Shown one piece after another: positions 26,889 through 40,784 of a stretch of DNA of 64,000 nt (positions within the stretch are counted from its first letter, which is position 1; every line of letters begins with the position of its first letter). The stretch comes from the human T2T-CHM13v2.0 reference genome, Homo sapiens, in the NCBI RefSeq assembly GCF_009914755.1, contig NC_060937.1; one strand, given 5' to 3'. The notes under the pieces are model-generated. The model saw only the letters and a list, made by a program, of their open reading frames with translations. It searched no databases and was not told the origin of the DNA. Made by a program: the position numbers and the translations under genes.

Positions 26889-27204
26889 AGCCAGGTGTGA
26901 TGGCTTACACCTGTGACCCCAGCACTTTGGGAGGCTGGGGTGGGAGAATCGCTTGAGTCTAGGAGTTTGAGACCAGCCTGGGCAACAGTGAGACCTCGTC
27001 TCTGCAAAAAATTTTTTTTTAAATTAGCTGGATGTGGTGGCCAGCGCTGTGGTCCCAGCTAGTCAGGAGGCTGAAGTAGGACGATTGCTTGAAACTGGCA
27101 GATTGAGGCTCCAGTGACCTGTGAGCCGTGATTGTGCTATTGCACTTCCGTCTGGGTAAGAGAGACCCTGTCACAAAACAAAACAAAACAAAACAAAACA
27201 AAAA
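26889..27204 (+). mobile_element. AluJ with (AAAAC)n tail
   Basis: Dimeric Alu with J-type features. Confidence 0.9.
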
Positions 27205-27462
27205 GGATCTAACCTGTATGGTAGAAACATTGTCAAATTTCTTAAAAACTTTCAGCTGCTTATAGTCACAAAACACTACTTAAGGGCATTGACAACTTTA
27301 GCCATTTAATTCCCTGTCCACTGAGACCCAGAGTATAAAAGCCAGCTAGCAGAGCACTACAGCTAGACCTAGACAAATTCTAAAGCAAATCTCTTTCCAC
27401 TTCCATCAGGTAGCAGAGGTAGTAATGGTGACGAGCTCTCATTTTACTTCAGGCACTGTTTT

Positions 27463-28111
27463 TTTTTTATTTATTATACTTTAAGTTTTAGGGTACATGT
27501 GCACAATGTGCAGGTTTGTTACATATGTATACATGTGCCATGTTGGTGTGCTGCACCCATTAACTCTTCATTTAACATTAGGTATATCTCCTAATGCTAT
27601 CCCTCCCCCCTCCCCTCACCCCACAACAGGCCCCAGTGTGTGATGTTCCCCTTCCTGTGTCCATGTGTTCTCATTGTTCAATTTCCACCTATGAGTGAGA
27701 ACATGGCGGTGTTTGGTTTTTTTGTCCTTGCGATAGTTTGCTGAGAATGATGGTTTCCAGCTTCATCCATGTCCCTACAAAGGACATGAACTCATCATTT
27801 TTTATGGCTGCATAGTATTCCATGGTGTATATGTGCCACATTTTCTTAATCCAGTCTATCATTGTTGGACATTTGGGTTGGTTCCAAGTCTTCGCTATTG
27901 TGAATAGTGCCGCAATAAACATACGTGTGCATGTGTCTTTATAGCAGCATGTCTTATAATCCTTTGGGTATATACCCAGTAATGGGATGACTGGGTCAAA
28001 CGGTATTTCTAGTTCTAGATCCCTCAGGAATCACCACACTGACTTCCACAATGGTTGAACTAGTTTACAGTCCCACCAACAGTGTAAAAGTGTTCCTATT
28101 TCTCCACATCC
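27463..28111 (-). mobile_element. 5'-truncated L1PA (PA4/5-like), ~650 bp, inserted into a MIR
   Basis: ORF2 C-terminus (track ORF 27689-27922) plus 3'UTR. Perfect 14-bp TSD tcaggcactgtttt at 27449-27462 and 28112-28125. Confidence 0.95.
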
Positions 28112-29318
28112 TCAGGCACTGTTTTAAGCACTTCATAGATGCTCACTCACTTAATCCATACAACCATCCTTTGAGGAAAGTACAATTATTATCCTAGATC
28201 CAAATTGAGTCTAGATAGTCTGGCTCTTCACCACTGTACTATCAGACCTTTACCAACAATGCTAAGCACCTGAAACCTCTGGATACATGAGGAAAATGTG
28301 CAGCTTAAATGAAGGGAACAAGCTAAGCAGTCAGAGGAAATGGACTTCATTGATAAGGCATTAATGCAGAAAAAAGGGAAGCATTCAAATAATTCATATT
28401 CTCAATGAGATTCAAGAGAATACTGAATCTCAGTAAATGCCATTTACTTCAAAATGAAAGAATTCACTGTGTGTCAGAAAGCATGATTAATTAAAAAAAG
28501 CACTTATACATGTGTCTCCTGAAATTCTAAAAAACAATTTATATTTTCAGAGAAGAAATGTAAATCAGATTGGCTTCATATTTTTCATCCAAAACACTAA
28601 CTGGTAAGAAACAATGATGAAGCCTTGTTTCAAGCATTCTGAATAAAATTATAATGCTGTTATTCAATACTTAGGAAAGTTATAATTCATACGGAACTGC
28701 AAAAGAAATTTTTAAACCTTTGAGGACCACCTCAAAGTTTTAAACATTTGAGGGTACACCACTAATGTCTCTGAAAAAACTTATTTGTGGTAAGGTGGTG
28801 TATATTATGATATGGCAGGCAACATCCCACCTTTAGCATACACTGCAGTAGTTAGAAAGATACACCCATTTTTGTTGTTGTTGTTACTCAACTCTTTTGC
28901 AGCTAAGGTTTTGGTTGATAATTAGATTCTGCTAAACAGATAGATACATTTGCATGTTATTTGGAACTTAGAAGTGAGCGGGGCAATGTGCTGATGCCTG
29001 CCTAGCTTCTTTTGTCAAGCACCGTCATGGAGACATTGAGGTTTTCTACTTCAGTGTTCCAGTGTGTAACTGCTTAGCTTTCTGGGTACCAAAGGCCAGT
29101 TGATGTGTTGCTGGCAGCAGCTTCTAGCTTTCTCTCACTTCTGATGATGGGAAAGTAGCAGCTCTTTCTGGTTGGTCAGTTCCTTGGCTTTGTTCTCAAG
29201 CATTCCTAGGATCCAGCCCTCCTGGAGAGCTTGCTCCGCCAGTCCTTCCCAATACGATGTAAAAGCATCCAATTGCTTGTGTTAAATACTTCTATGATAA
29301 TATGGGAAGTCAGCCATC

Positions 29319-29644
29319 TGCTACGATTTGAATGTCCCTCCCCTCCAAAACTCATGTTGAAATTGTATTGCCATTGTGGCAGTATTAAGAGGTGGGACCC
29401 TTAATAGGTGATTATAGGTGATGAGGCTCCACCCTCATTGAGTGGAAGTGGTGCTACCACAAAAGGGCAAGTTTGGCCCTCTCTTGCTCTCTCTTGTCCT
29501 TCTGCCTTCTGCCATAGGGCAATGCAGCAAGAAGGCTTCTGCCAGATGCTGTCCCTCAATCTTTCCAACCTTCCAGAACTATGAACCAATAAATTTGCTC
29601 AGTCACAGGTATTCTGTTACAGCAGCAAAAAATGGCCTAAGACA
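29319..29644 (+). mobile_element. MST-type MaLR solo LTR
   Basis: TGCTACGATTTGAATG...GGCCTAAGACA; perfect 5-bp TSD ccatc. Confidence 0.85.
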
Positions 29645-31489
29645 CCATCTAAACAAAAAATGAATGTGAAAATTAAAAGACATATAAAAACTGTGATCAA
29701 TAGTGAATTCATTAAAATTTATATTTAACTAATGGTAATATGAAAGTAAAGAACTAAACAGAATATTGGGGGTAGGGGTAAAAGGATGCTAGAATGCTTC
29801 CACTGAAACACCAATGAGATAGCTACCAGACACCGAAGTGAGTATGCATAGTCATCCATTCTCAATACCCTCACAATATGCAGATTGCCCCTCAGAGAGA
29901 TAAAGCATATAAAAATGTTCAGAAAAGGGATTGTGTGAGATGAAGGCAGAAGAGTTTCCTTACAGAGAGCTGTTGTCAGATTGTGAGTCTCCACCACTAC
30001 ACCCTGTGAGGACGGAAGGGGAAGAGTATTGCCTTCTCATTCTAAACTCAGTAAGGTAGACACTTTAAGGAGAAGACACTTTGCAACACATATTCTGAAG
30101 TTGGGATGCACAGAGGACTCATGTCTGGGAAAGTTAGAAGTGTACATGGAGCAGGATTGGGTATTTGAGGACTGTTTTGTTGCTCTAATCGAGGAGTCAG
30201 GAGAGTGCTTACTGCCTCTGCAACTGCTCTGAACTAGAGTTTGTTGGGCAACTGATGTCTAGGTATTTCCACAGATCAGATGCAGCCAAGAAGGAGAGCG
30301 ATTTGGTTTTGTTGTTACCACTGGGTAGTCATGTGTCCTGCCAATATGGCAACCAGGAGGTATGAGGAGACCACACCAACATAACCAGGGAACTAAAGGA
30401 GAGTGAAGTACAGCAATAGAGAACTTTTAAGAGTCCGCAGAGAGTGAGTTTTAACTACTGCAGAGCCAGCAAAGTTACGGTGGACCAACTCGAGTACCTG
30501 CGGAGAAAGAATGGAAAGCCTTGTTTGACATCTCTGTCCTTCCTCCTATAAAAAACATGGGAGAAACAGTTCAGTCTCAAAGGTACCAAACTAAAATTGA
30601 TTACAAGTGTTACTTTGGCAGAAAAGATTTTTCTAAAGATTTCAAATGAGAAGTCTAGCACAATAATTTGGCATTAAAGGTGCATAAATAAAGTATCTAA
30701 TATTCTCTACAATTAATTAGGAAAATCTGAGCAGCATTTGTCTAATTTTGGTAGAACTACAAAGAAATAAAGGAGAATAATTTTGAGACTTTTTGTATTC
30801 AAGGTAAGTAACAGCCAATACTGAGTACACACAAATAATCTGCAGTTAATGACTACAAAAAGATTGACAGACACAGAAAGTACACATTGTGGGCATTATG
30901 CCTCAGAAGTGGAAAGCCAAATTTTAAAAAATCAAATAATTTAGCCATGGCTTTAAAATCTGAACTTAGAAACTCATATCAATATTATTTTAGCTTAGAT
31001 TTTTAGCAGGTTTCAGGAATATTTTTCCTAATTATAAAGGTAATATCAATTACAATTAAAACATAAATTAGGATAAACAATATCAGTTTTTGTTATATTT
31101 TATATTGACCTCGTTAGACTTTTTATTACACAGTAACATGTATTTTTTTTGCATTTTGGATAGCTAGTGACATTAATCATATGTAGAATTAAATTATGAC
31201 TAAGTATATGGTTTTATTGTTTATAAGTAATACAAACAAGTTTGTAAGTTATTTCTACTGCCAAAAGTTGTCTGTGAATGAGAAAAAACAATTTTCACTA
31301 ATATGTTAGTGGTACTTCAAATATAACATCAAGAACATCTTTATGAACTGTGTATGATAGAAAATAATAGTAAAGAAGATAAAATAGAATCTAAATCATG
31401 TATAGTTTTAGTTTTACATAATACATGTGCTATTGTATAACTGTATTTGTAAAAGAAGGGATAAGTGGAGAGGAAATGGGCATTTACTC

Positions 31490-31680
31490 AATATTCTACA
31501 ATGATTTTCCCATTTAGTCCTTAGCAAAACCCCACAAGGGAGGTAGGATTATTCCCTTTTGTAATGAGGAAATAAAGACTACAAATAGCAAAGAAACTTA
31601 TACAAGATCATACGGATAGTTGGTGGTACAGAAGGGATTTGCCTCACAATTCATATACAGGGCTTTCCCTTTGCAAAACA
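31490..31680 (-). mobile_element. MIR
   Basis: attattcccttttgtaatgaggaaataaagac...caagatcatacggatagttggtggtacaga. Confidence 0.65.
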
Positions 31681-32008
31681 TAATGATGAAACGGTAGTGG
31701 CAGATATAGAAATGCTGAATTCCTGGCAAAGCAGTTTGCACAAAATTTAAAAAGCTGAAACAAAGCATGAATGCTTCTTAAAATTATATCTTGAAACCAT
31801 GGCTTTTATAAGGGTCAATATAAATGTTACAGCCTATTTTGCTCATTTTCTACACTACCATAGCACTCTTTTATAGCACTTAGAACATATAATAGTCACT
31901 CATTTTCTTGACTATCTTTTCTACTGGAATGAGTTTTGGGAGGGTAGGAACTGTCTATTTGTAATGGGAATGACACAGCAAGGTAGCATAGGTTGCTGCA
32001 TAGGCATT

Positions 32009-32653
32009 AGAACATACCCAAATGGGTCCAGCTGGTAGCCAAAGATAAGAACTTAGAGGTACCCTTCCTGCCTAGCAAACTGGGCTTCTGTTGTCCTGCC
32101 TTCCCTTCAAACAGACCAAAAGTGACCCATGCTCTATTCCCTTATATATACTGCTAGTTGCATGCATGCTCTCTCTTTCTCTCTGCCTGACTCCTCTTCA
32201 TTCTTGCCTGATGTGACCTAGAGATGGAGCCCTTCCTGTCCAGGATCTGTAAGTGATAAATCTTTGAACTTATTTCTTTTTGTGGTGGTGTATTAAATTT
32301 GCACCCCCCATTGGAAGAGCCAGGGACTATCCCAGACCAGGTTTTCTCGAGGATGCTGGGGAGAACACAATGTTGGGTTCCCAGTGTCACCGCGATGATC
32401 AGGCAAACATAAACTGGACATGGGTCAGACAAGAGCCACACGGACATCTGTCAGCATAAACAAGTTTCCTGTGTGAGGGAAACTGGGTCTGGGGTCAGAC
32501 AACTATGAATTAGACCATCCACCAGGTAAACGAAGTATCCCATGAAAGGCACACAGTAAACATTCACATCCAGCTGCCTTTCATTCTTCATTAGGGCAAG
32601 GTCACTAGCCACTCCAGTACTGGAACTCAATTTGGCTGGGGGTTCTCAAAACA
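32009..32653 (+). mobile_element. MER54-like ERVL solo LTR
   Basis: Ends tactggaactcaatttggctgggggttctcaaaaCA; perfect 5-bp TSD gcatt (32004-32008, 32654-32658). Confidence 0.75.
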
Positions 32654-32786
32654 GCATTGTTCAACCGCTTATCTCCAATACTTGTCCTTATTTTTGTCTG
32701 CTTATTCCACCTCACCAAGTGATTTCTGTCACTATAGCTTGTATTATCTAGTGTTTTGTAACTTATAAAAGGAGACATGCAGTAGT

Positions 32787-33222
32787 ACAGCAACCCCCAC
32801 TTATCCACAGGGTATAGGTTCGAAGACATCCAGTGGATGTATGAAACCATGGATAGTACCGAACCCTAAATGTATGTTTTTCCTATACATACATGTCTAT
32901 GATAAGGTTTAATTTAAAGTTAGGCACAATACTCTTGCCTTTTGTGGTCATTATTAAGTAAAACGAGGGTTACCTGAATATAAGCACTGTGATCCCATGA
33001 CAGTTGATCTCATAACTGAGAATGCTACTAAGTGACTCATGGGCAGACACCTGACAAAGGAATGATTTTCCAGGTGGAACAGAGCAGGATGGTGTGAGAG
33101 GTCATCACACTACTCAGCAGTGCATAATTTAAAATGTAGGATTTGTTTATTTCTGGAATTTCCCACTTAATATTTTTGGACTGTGGTTAACCATGGGCGA
33201 CTGAAACCACAGAAAGCAAATT
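32787..33222 (-). mobile_element. MER44 (Tigger7-derived, TcMar) DNA transposon
   Basis: TA-flanked terminus cagcaacccccacttatccacaggg; internal gaaaccatggatagtaccgaaccc; the other end abuts an Alu tail. Confidence 0.75.
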
Positions 33223-33566
33223 CTTCTTCTCCCCTTTTCTCCCCTTCCTCCCCATCCCCTTCCTTCTCCTCCTCCTTCTTATTTTGAGACAGGGTCTCAC
33301 TCTGTTGCCCAGCCTGGAGTGCAGTGGCATGACCATGGCTCACTGCAGTTGCCACCTCGTGGGGTCAACTGATCCTCCCACCTCAGCCTCCCAAGTAACT
33401 AGGACTACAGGTGTGAGCTACTGTGCCTGCCTACTTTTTTGATTTTACATAGAGGTAGGTCTTGCTATATTGCCCAGGCTGGTCTCAAACTCCTGGGCTC
33501 AAGCAGTCCTCCCACCTTGGCCTCCCAAAGTGCTAGGATTACATGTGTGAACTACCATGCCTAGCC
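33223..33566 (-). mobile_element. AluJ with C/T-rich degenerate tail
   Basis: Reverse Alu dimer preceded by a (CTT/CCT)-rich tract. Confidence 0.88.
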
Positions 33567-33569
33567 TAA

Positions 33570-33980
33570 GTGTAAATTTAACGTTTCTAGGAACTGTCCA
33601 ATTGTTCAAAAGTGGTTGTACCATTCTAGATACCCAATGGAAGTGAAAAACAGCTCCTGTTACTCCATATCCTCACCAACACTTGATATCGTCATTCTTT
33701 TTATAAAGTTAGTCATTTTAATAGATATGTGGCATATCTCGTGGTTTTAATGTAGATTTTCTTAATGACTAACAATGTTAAATACATTCTGTACTTATCC
33801 ATATATCTTCTTTGGTAGAGTGTCTGTTCAAGTCTTTTGCACATTTTCTTAATCTGGTTATTTGTTCTAATATTGAGTTCTGATAGTCTTTATATATTCT
33901 GTATATAAATTCTTTGTCAGATATATGCTTTGCAAAGATTTTCTCCCAGTCTGTGGATTGTCTTTTCATTCTCTTTTTCA
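33570..33980 (-). mobile_element. Old L1 ORF2 fragment
   Basis: Track ORF 33778-33969 (MKRQSTDWEKIFAKHISDKEFIYRIYK...KDLNRH) is L1 ORF2-like. Confidence 0.8.
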
Positions 33981-34541
33981 GTCATTTACATAAACCCTTT
34001 TAGTGTGAATATTAACGCATTCTGCAATACAAATGATGTTTAATAAAGGGCTTTCTCAGATCCTGCTGGGATATACGTCATAATATATGATATGTGTACT
34101 GTATTAACTTTCCAAACGAAAAACTTCTAAATTCTAAAACACATATGGCCCTAAGAGTTTTAGATGGGAGATGTGCATGTCTACCCTCTTCCTGGAATGT
34201 TCCGTCTGTGGTATGACTAATAACTTCCTATTAATTCTTCAATTTTCTTGAGGTACTATATCATCTCTAATGTCAATGCTGACTTCCTCCTACCCACCTC
34301 TACCACAGAACTAAGCATCCCTGGCTCTGTGTGCATAAGCCATCAAGCACATCTATTAACTGACACTATGAGCTAGGCACAGTATAAAGGGGAAAGAGTG
34401 GTGAAAAAAAGATACAGTAACCCCTACTCCTATATTATCTTTGTTGAGCACAACGTGTGGTATAATAAAAGGTGCTCAGTAAGTATTTATTGAAAGCAAT
34501 GAAATCTAGAGATATTTATTAAGGGTATAAAAAAGACTTTA

Positions 34542-34737
34542 TCAAGAGTTGGCAAACTATGGCCAGTAAACCAAATCAGGTTTATGGTCTATTTTTTTAA
34601 TAGCCCTAAGCTAAAAATGATTTTTACACTTTAAAATAATTGTTAAAAAAATAATTTTGACAAAGACCACATGTGCTCTCAAATGAACATTAAATACTTA
34701 CTTTTGGCTCCTTACCAAAAAAGTGTGATAACTCCTG
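34542..34737. mobile_element. MER58-like hAT-Charlie MITE
   Basis: caagagttggcaaactatggcc...aaaaaagtgtgataactcctg termini. Confidence 0.65.
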
Positions 34738-34889
34738 CTTTCTACTATGGCTCACTGAAGAACAGGAAAATTTTTGTGCAAAAAAACAATTCCAAATTGA
34801 ATATAACCCAGGGATAACGGTGTTGTTATATAAGATATAATGTATACCATATTGTCATTAAATGATCAAAATATCAATTATGCTGGTAC

Positions 34890-35432
34890 AGGGAAAAGTC
34901 TAAGAGCCTGAATTTGTGGGGGCTGGCCTGGCATTGAGGCTGGGCAATAGCCTGGGGCTTCTGGGGTAGGCCTGGTGGTGGGGTAGGCCTGGTGGTTGGA
35001 CAGGCTTGGAAACTGAATCTACCAGGCAGATTTGGAGCTTGGGGCTACAGCATCTGGCAGCTCAGTCTTCTGGTACCAGCATTAAGTTGGGGCTGTGAGG
35101 CCTACCTGGCTTTGGGTTTTACTGGGGTGAGCATGGTTTTGGGGTCCAAGGCAAAGTCTGCTGCTCACTTCCCTCTACTTCCCCCAAGGGGGTATCTCTC
35201 CAGCTGTGCTGTATCAGGTTGAGGAAGGAGTAATGCATGTAATGTAAATTATCCTACACTCTTCAATGTGTCTTTCTTATTTCTGTGCTACACTGCAGTG
35301 CTGTAACAGCTTACCTCGTTCCTTAGTTTTTATTAAGGTAGTTTCATGTGTGGAGTGGATAGTTGTTCAAATTGATGTTTCTGCATGGGTATGAGCACCG
35401 GAATGTCCTGTTTTGCCCTCTTGCTGATGTTC
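34890..35432 (-). mobile_element. Old L1 (L1M) 5'UTR fragment
   Basis: GC-richer segment with ggggtccaaggcaaagtc and ...gatagttgttcaaattgatgtttctg...gccctcttgctgatgt, resembling the reverse of an L1M 5' end. Confidence 0.55.
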
Positions 35433-35450
35433 AGACCTAACTCAGTCATC

Positions 35451-35758
35451 TTTTTTTTTTTTTTTTTTTTTTTTTTTTGAGACAGAGTCTTGCTCTCTGT
35501 CCTGGGCTGGAGTGCAGTGGTGCAGTCTGCTCACTGCAACCTCCGCCTCCCGAAGATTCAAGCAATTCTTGGGCCTCAGTCTCCTGAATAGCTGAAGTTA
35601 CAGGTGTGCGCCACCATGTCTGGCAAATTTTTGTATTTTTAGTACAGATGGGGTTTTGCCATGTTGGCCAGGCAGGTCTTGAACTCCTGGCCTTGTGATC
35701 TGCCTGCCTCGGCCTACCAAAGTGTTGGGATTACAGGCTTGAGCCACTGCGCCAGGCC
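35451..35758 (-). mobile_element. AluS with 28-T tail, 97 nt from an exon donor
   Basis: Reverse Alu dimer. Confidence 0.93.
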
Positions 35759-35855
35759 AATCTTAACATTTTAATTGTTGTTTTGATTCTCTTGGTTGTA
35801 TTACACTAAAAACGTATTTATGTGTAAAAATTTAAAAGCAGCCTGCATAACTCAC

Positions 35856-35941
35856 CCAACTATTTGATAAATATCTTCAGATTTTCCTTGGTGTAACCTC
35901 AGTATCCAAGCACCTGGGTTTGCTTTTAATTGAAAATACCC
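35856..35941 (-). CDS. UGGT2: UGGT2 coding exon (probably 29): GYFQLKANPGAWILRLHQGKSEDIYQIV(G)
   Basis: cttaaaAG acceptor, TGG|GTGAGT donor, 86 nt, phase 0 to 2. Confidence 0.97.
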
Positions 35942-36274
35942 CTTTTAAGATGAGAAAAAAATAATCATTGAGTAATATGACTAAAAACCATCGAATTGCT
36001 CATGAATACACGAATGATCTAAGAAAGTATTTATTAACTGTAGAATGGATAAATTCTATAAATCAATTCCAAGTAAAGAGATTTTACAATAACCTGTCAA
36101 AAATTATTAAAGTATGATTTTCCCCATTTTTTATTTATCTTATTCAAAGATTCAATTTTGTTTTCTGCAAACTGTTCAGCAACAGCAGAATAAAGATTAT
36201 TTCATTTTACTCTTAGGAAAACAGAGAATTCACCAAAACATCAAATTAAACACCATCAATTAAATAATACTTAC

Positions 36275-36433
36275 ATGATGTGCCATCACTATTGTATCAA
36301 CCACAGCAGGTTTATTTTTTGTGCCTAGTGTGAACTGCAGACCCCGAGGAGGCTGTTCTGTCACTTTATCAAAGCATTGTCCTTCCAGTAGTAAGTATTC
36401 TAGTTCATATTCTGCTGTAACAGTTTTCTCAGT
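36275..36433 (-). CDS. UGGT2: UGGT2 coding exon (probably 28): TEKTVTAEYELEYLLLEGQCFDKVTEQPPRGLQFTLGTKNKPAVVDTIVMAHH
   Basis: tccacAG acceptor, CAT|GTAAGT donor, 159 nt, phase 0 to 0. Confidence 0.97.
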
Positions 36434-37974
36434 CTGTGGAGGAAGTATGTCATTGTTTTTGGTGTTATGTAAAACTCATAATACAAAATTTTGAAATAAA
36501 TAAATGTGATTATTTTAATATTGGCCAATGTATTTTGGTGGCTAACTTTAAGTCTTTATTTTACACATGAGTGAATTCATGAGTTGAACTGATTTCTTCA
36601 AGACAAAAAGCTTATGATAAACTTTTTCTTTTTCATGACATCAGCTTTACCTGAACCTCATGGTATATGCACCAATATAACCAAGCAGGAAAGACGTGAA
36701 CATGAGATTTAGATGGGAAATTCCTTAAAGAATCTGCTTCAGTTTGCTGTTGTCCTGAAGCTCCCACTTCAGACTTGGCAAGAAAGCTAACTTACTATCT
36801 ATTGGCTTTCTTGTAATTAAAAAAATTAATGTCTATAATCAACTAATTATAAATTGATCAATATATTTTTAAAGTTAATTTTAAAAAATAAAAATTCGTT
36901 TTCCACTTCCAAAGTGGAAAGAAGAAAAAACAGAACGCACCTCAACAGAATAAACACTGATATAAACATCAACACACTGATTTCTATTTCTTGTCTTCAT
37001 AAATTTTTTTTGTAAGAAAGTAACCTGCCTTTTCATTAAACATGGTTTTCTAAGAACATGTCTCTGTCTCTATAAATATCATTTTAAATGGCTGGACATT
37101 CCAGTTGTTTCTGGATTTTTCTCTATTGCAAATGTTATAATAAATATTTTCAAGATAAAGCTTTTTCTCTACTTCATATGAACAGCATAACTAAACATGA
37201 AAATAAATCAAACAGTGATTTTCACAGACAGAATTCTGTTGAGATTAAAGACAGCAATGTTACCTATATCTAATCTTATTTCACCATATTAGGTTTTCAA
37301 CACTATTGTTTAGTGTGTTTAGGATATAGACTATTTGGATACATTCTGTATTGTATAGTTGTTTTCCTTGACTGCAATTATCTCAGAAATAATTACAACA
37401 TTTGTTTACAGCATTTCTTTCTTGATTCTTGTTATTTTACTGGTTTTAAGAACAAAAAATAAGTAACTTCTTTGAAGACAGTATTTATTTAAAAAACTTT
37501 AGTTGAATTCTGAATTAGTTGTTGAATTACTATTCTAGCGATAAACTTTATATAATTTATTAACCTATATCCAGAGTCTTTATAGCAATTTACTTGACTG
37601 GAAAGATTTTCATGGGATAGTCTCAGAATAATATGAGAATGTTAAAAATTAGAAAAAGATTGTAGAGATCATGTAGTTCAACACCCTCACTTTACAGACA
37701 AGGAAGCAATACACCAAAGTGACTGTAAAGTAAAGCTTAATTATTTTATTATGAATTAGATACTAGGGAAGAGTCTAAATACACTTACCCAGTTTGTGAA
37801 TAACAGTATCTTCTTAATTTATATTAATGTGAAAATTTCTCTTGTTCCTATATATTTATATAACAGACTTCAATTCTGTTGACTTATTCAAACCACAACA
37901 TACAAACATAGCCAATTCCTTTTCCAAAGAGTTCTTTCTAGTGAATATTTTAAGTTTTCATAGAGGTGATTTAA

Positions 37975-38313
<339 letters not shown>

Positions 38314-38477
38314 ACAAAGCTCATTTTTAGCAAAAATATGAAAGTTAGTGATCTTTTTTGATGCTTATGTTTCCATCTTCCCTTTATATTTTTATTTTCT
38401 GTTTTAAATATTAATTGTTGATACCAGACATAAATTTAATACCTTTCAAATATAACCTTGAGAATGTATTAATTTTT

Positions 38478-38676
38478 TTTTATTATACTTTAAATTCTGG
38501 GGTACATGTGCAGGATGAGCAGGTTTGTTACATAGGTACACACATGCCGTGGTGGTTTGCTGTACCCATCAACCTGCCATCTACATTAGGTATTTCTCCT
38601 AATGCTATCCCTTCCCCTAGCCCTCTGGCCCCGTGACAGGCCCCGGGTGTGTGATGTTCCTTTCCCTGTGTCCATG
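38478..38676 (-). mobile_element. ~200-bp L1PA 3'-end insertion
   Basis: L1PA 3'UTR terminus; 16-bp TSD gaa(tg/ca)tattaattttt. Confidence 0.9.
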
Positions 38677-39131
38677 GAACATATTAATTTTTCTAATAGG
38701 ATATTAATTGTACTGTTCTTCTGTGGCTGAATAGCTAAGTGTCTTCCTTTAAGAAAAGGCTAAGTTTAATTATAAAGATCAACATTTGGGTTTGTTAACA
38801 ATTGTCTGTAAATATGTTAATCTAGTATTTTTGTTGCTATTGAATGTGATTTTGTGTAACTGCAGACACATTTTCCCAAGTTATTAATAGCAAAGCTATA
38901 ACACATATCTTGATCTGTAATCTAAACTCTGACAAGCTATCTGATAGTGGAGATGGATAAATGATAGTACATCTTTTTCTTGCATCTTATCTCAAGGCAG
39001 GTGAAGGCTGAACTTAAAGACTTTAGTGCAATCTGAACTTTAAGAAACTATTCAGGACTCTGGGCAAAAATCCAAGAAAAAGTTAAAGGAATTAGTTTTA
39101 GATAATTTGGTGGTTTGAGGCACATAAGGTA

Positions 39132-39881
39132 GTGTAGTCTTCCTTTATCTGTGGTTTCTCTTTGTACAGTTTGTTATCCTCAGTCAACCATGGTCCAAAA
39201 ATAAGTGGAAAATTCCAGAAATAAACAATTCATAAGTTTTAAACTGTGCACTGTTCTGAGTATTGTAATAAAATCTCGCATGACAGTGCTTGTGTTCAAG
39301 GAACCCTTATGTCACTTAGTGACCCCAAAGCACAAGAGTAGAAGATGATGACCTACTTTTATAATTGTTCTATTTATTATTAGTTACTAAGGTTAATCTC
39401 TACTGTGCTTAATTAATTTATGAATTAACTCTTATCATAGGTAGGTATGTATATAAAAAAACAAAACATGGCCGAGTGCAGTGGCTCACGCCTGTAATCC
39501 CAGCACTTTGGGAGGCCGAGGTGGGTGGATCACAAGGTCAGGAGATCAAGACCATCCTGGCTAAGACGGTGAAACCCCGTCTCTACTAAAAATACAAAGA
39601 ATCAGCCGGGCGTGGCAGCGGGCGCCTGCAGTCCTAGCTACTCGGGGGGCTGGGACAGGAGAATGGCATGAACCCGGGAGGCTGAGCTTGCAGTGAGCCA
39701 GAGCTGGCAATGAGCCGAGATCACGCCACTGCACTCCAGTCTGGGCAACAGAGCAAGACTCCATGTCAAAACAAAACAAAACAATGTATAAAAGGTTAGG
39801 TACTATGTATGGTTTCAGGTATCCACTGAGTGGGTGGGGGTATCTTAGAACAAATCCCTTGTGGATTAAGGGAGACTTCTA
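39132..39881 (+). mobile_element. MER44 DNA transposon split by an AluY-like element
   Basis: Termini gtagtcttcctttatctgtggtttc and gtggattaagggagacttct; MER44 internal sequence on both sides of the Alu. Confidence 0.78.
39470..39783 (+). mobile_element. AluY-like element with an internal 17-bp duplication
   Basis: gaatggcatgaacccgggag, gagcttgcagtgag; duplicated unit at 39684-39717. Confidence 0.92.
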
Positions 39882-40457
39882 AAGTACAAGTCTTCTGATA
39901 TATAAATTTTCAAGTTTGTTAAGGTTTTGTTTAAATTTCTAAGTTTTGCAGAAGAGACAGAACTCTTCGCTGCAAATGTGACCTTTTCCCAAATTTTGTA
40001 AGTGTTTGATGGTTTGAGACATAAATTTCATATATTATGCACTGAGAGAATAAACTGAGCCTAAGATGAACAGTGTTCATCTAATTCATAATATAGTATT
40101 ATTTAGGATCTATAGCATACCTCTGGCAATCAAACAAATTCTTTCACAATTATATTTGTAATGAATATATCAATAAATAAAACTGATATCAAAATTATTT
40201 ATGTTTCAGAGGGATTAATGCATTTTTCTGTGAATTCACTTTAACAGAGCCACATCCTATTCCTGTTAGCAATCTTTTATTTATTGCATCTTCTCTTGCC
40301 TTTTATGGCAATACCTGGAACAGTGTGAAAATGGTGTAACCACCATTGTTATTCCAGGTATTTTGACATCTTTCATATATATGCTGTGATGAAATATAAT
40401 TAGAGAGTCTTTTGATGCAGTTCTAACAATAAGCACTGAGAAGAGCAACACATCTGA

Positions 40458-40784
<327 letters not shown>

